From assembly GCA_052145175.1 (NCBI GenBank), contig JBKQPD010000157.1, positions 1,658-65,657 on the forward strand: 64,000 bases of DNA. The letters are read 5' to 3'. Positions 62,125 to 64,000 of this stretch are shown piece by piece. Every line of letters starts with the position of its first letter. Within the stretch, counting starts at the first letter, position 1. A model generated the notes under the pieces. The model was given only the letters and a program-made list of their open reading frames with translations, made no database searches and was not told where the DNA came from. Position numbers and translations under genes: made by a program. This DNA is from Candidatus Binataceae bacterium (GTDB lineage Bacteria > Desulfobacterota > Binatia > Binatales > Binataceae).

Positions 62125-64000
62125 TTAACTTGCCCGAATCCGCAGTTCGCGTGGTCGGCCCCCGTCGGCTGGCAGGACCAGACCGTCCCGTTCCATCTCT
62201 TCAACCATCCGCGCCGCCCGGTTGTAACCGATACGCAGGCGGCGCTGGATCATCGAAATCGAGGCTTGGCCGCTATCGGTCACGAGCCGCACCGCTTCGT
62301 CGTACAGCGGATCGCGCTCGCCGCCAGCTTCGCCCTCGTTTTCGCCCGCCACCGCGGTCTCAAGAATCTCCATCTGATAATCCGGCGAACCCTGCGCACG
62401 GATGAAATCGCAGACGTCGCGGATCTCGTTCTCGGAGACGAAAGGCCCGTGCAGACGACGCAGCTTGGCAGTTCCCGGCGGCATGAACAGCATATCACCG
62501 GCGCCCAGCAAACGCTCGGCGCCAATCGAATCGAGGATCGTGCGCGAGTCCACTCGCGAGGTCACCTGCAGCGAGATACGAGCCGGCAGATTGGCCTTGA
62601 TCAGTCCCGTCAAGACGTCGACCGACGGCCGCTGGGTGGCCAGAATCAGATGGATTCCCGAGGCGCGCGCCTTCTGCGCCAGCCGCGTGATATCGCGCTC
62701 GACCGTCTTGCCTTCGCTCAGCAGCAAGTCGGCCAATTCGTCGATCACGATGACAATTTTGGGCAGCCGGCGATGGCGGATGACCTCCTCATCGTCGCCG
62801 GCGGCCGTCGTCACCGCCGCCGGATCGCCCGTGCGCAACTGGATCAACTCGCCGCTTTCGCCCAGCGTGTGATTGTAGCTGTCGATATTGCGCACACCGA
62901 GATCGCGCATCATCCGGTAACGCGCTTCCATCTCGCGCGTTGCCCACAGCAGCGCGGCCGCCGCCTTCTCGGGATCGACCACCACCGGCACGAGCAGATG
63001 AGGGAGCGCGTCGTAAACCGACAGCTCGAGCATCTTCGGGTCGATCAGGATGAAGCGCACATCGTCGGGGCTGGCGTTGAAAAGAATCGACGCGATCATC
63101 GTGTGGATCGAGACCGACTTGCCGGTGCCCGTCGCGCCGGCGATCAGCAGATGCGGCATCGCGGCCAGGTCCGCAGCCATCGGCCGTCCCGCGATATCCT
63201 TGCCCAGCGCGATCATCAGGCGGCTCGACGACGCGGCGAACTGCTCGGCTTCGAGAATCTCGCGCAGAAAGATCTTCTCGCGCTTGCGGTTGGGCACCTC
63301 GATACCGACTACCGCCTCGCCCGGGACGGGGGCTTGAATCCGGATCGTCGCGGCTCGCAGCGCCATCGAGAGGTCATCCGCCAGATTCACAATCTGGCTC
63401 ACCTTGATTCCCGACCCTGGCTCGAGCTTGTACATGCTGACGACCGGGCCGGGCTGCACTTCGACCACCTTCCCCTCGACGCCGAAATCGGCGAGCTTCA
63501 ATTCGAGCATCCGCGCGCTGCGTTCGAGTTGCCCTTCGTCGACCTGGTCGTGCTCGAGCGGCGGTACGTCGAGCAATGTGAGCGGTGGAATCTTGTAGTC
63601 ACCATTGATTGCGGGCCGGGGCGGCGGCGCTGCGTGCGTAAAGCTGCGGGCGGGCTCGCTCGGGCGCACTAGCGGGGCTTCTGCCTGCGGCCGGGTGACC
63701 AGTGGAGTCGGTGCGGAAGCCGCTTCCGGCGCCAGCCCGGTGTCGTCGAAGGCGGAGCCGGCCTCGTGGGCGGGTTCCGGAGGACGCCGGAGCGTCCGCC
63801 AGACGGACGAGACGAGCTCGGTCGGCGCGCGTCCCGCCATCAGGACCGTGCCGCCGGCCAACGCGAGCATTACGACAATCGCGCCGCCGCCGAGGTTAAG
63901 GTAGGCGCGCAACTGCTCGGCGAGTAAGCCGCCGATAAGCCCGCCGCGCCGCCCGTCCGGATCGCATAGGGCAACGGCCGTACACAGACCGGCCAGCATG
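62125..64000 (-). CDS. ftsK: DNA translocase FtsK (5'-truncated by the window edge)
   Basis: Motor domain (LIAGATGTGKSV Walker A, IVIVIDELADL Walker B, HLILATQRPSVDV) and C-terminal gamma winged-helix (SISMIQRRLRIGYNRAARMVEEME). The visible N-terminal residues are the last TM helices, so the gene continues beyond nt 64000. Confidence 0.9.
   Translation of the reverse strand, partial: MLAGLCTAVALCDPDGRRGGLIGGLLAEQLRAYLNLGGGAIVVMLALAGGTVLMAGRAPTELVSSVWRTLRRPPEPAHEAGSAFDDTGLAPEAASAPTPLVTRPQAEAPLVRPSEPARSFTHAAPPPRPAINGDYKIPPLTLLDVPPLEHDQVDEGQLERSARMLELKLADFGVEGKVVEVQPGPVVSMYKLEPGSGIKVSQIVNLADDLSMALRAATIRIQAPVPGEAVVGIEVPNRKREKIFLREILEAEQFAASSSRLMIALGKDIAGRPMAADLAAMPHLLIAGATGTGKSVSIHTMIASILFNASPDDVRFILIDPKMLELSVYDALPHLLVPVVVDPEKAAAALLWATREMEARYRMMRDLGVRNIDSYNHTLGESGELIQLRTGDPAAVTTAAGDDEEVIRHRRLPKIVIVIDELADLLLSEGKTVERDITRLAQKARASGIHLILATQRPSVDVLTGLIKANLPARISLQVTSRVDSRTILDSIGAERLLGAGDMLFMPPGTAKLRRLHGPFVSENEIRDVCDFIRAQGSPDYQMEILETAVAGENEGEAGGERDPLYDEAVRLVTDSGQASISMIQRRLRIGYNRAARMVEEMERDGLVLPADGGRPRELRIRAS

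Noticed and set aside
62266-63672. 468-aa plus-strand ORF
   Set aside because: Antisense to the ftsK motor domain. A high-GC shadow ORF.
1-64000. Search for tRNA, rRNA, tmRNA or riboswitch signatures in intergenic regions
   Set aside because: I found no T-loop-like GGTTCGAATCC-type sequence or cloverleaf-sized conserved segment in any intergenic gap, and no rRNA-like stretch. This was a visual scan only, so tRNAscan-SE or Infernal should confirm it.

Overview
High-GC bacterial chromosomal segment, probably from an uncultured soil or sediment lineage (taxon is inference only). It is densely coding, with about 60 protein genes. I saw no rRNA, tRNA or CRISPR array.

Core housekeeping genes:
- 5' part: birA, an EF-G paralogue, purD, tsaC-like.
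- 3' part: rimO, lolA, ftsK, dksA-like, mrp-like.

Visibly AT-richer accessory patches interrupt the core:
- About 12.7-19.1 kb: exported Cys-rich and repeat proteins bracketed by two DsbA-family genes, plus an AT-rich non-coding stretch with three degenerate ~90-bp repeats and an orphan excisionase-type HTH.
- About 26.8-28.6 kb: a membrane-anchored TPR protein with near-identical 102-bp tandem repeats.

Most interesting loci:
1. A tightly coupled, same-strand operon of about 11.5 kb (46.1-57.6 kb): TetR, HAD hydrolase, LarA-like (DUF2088) protein, a 1455-aa four-domain enzyme (fatty-acyl reductase, acyl-AMP ligase, carrier protein, PlsC acyltransferase) reminiscent of the myxobacterial ether-lipid enzyme ElbD, a Tat-exported zinc phospholipase C/P1-nuclease-like protein, a Cys-based dual-specificity phosphatase, phosphatidylcholine synthase, and a 599-aa unknown. 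I read this as an uncharacterised specialised phospholipid (possibly ether or alkyl, choline head-group) biosynthesis and remodelling system.
2. An NtrY-type sensor kinase followed by a receiver domain fused to an apparently catalytically intact LpxC. This suggests two-component control of the committed step of lipid A synthesis.
3. An EF-G paralogue whose G3 and G4 GTPase motifs are substituted.

Also present: RES-Xre and VapBC toxin-antitoxin pairs, a MoxR-VWA-BFN module, two paralogous acyl-CoA dehydrogenases bracketing an HpaB/GlxA/GST block, and a family of dispersed intergenic repeats, including a 40-bp perfect inverted repeat around a GIY-YIG remnant.

All functional calls rest on motifs recognised by eye in the supplied translations. 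No searches were run.
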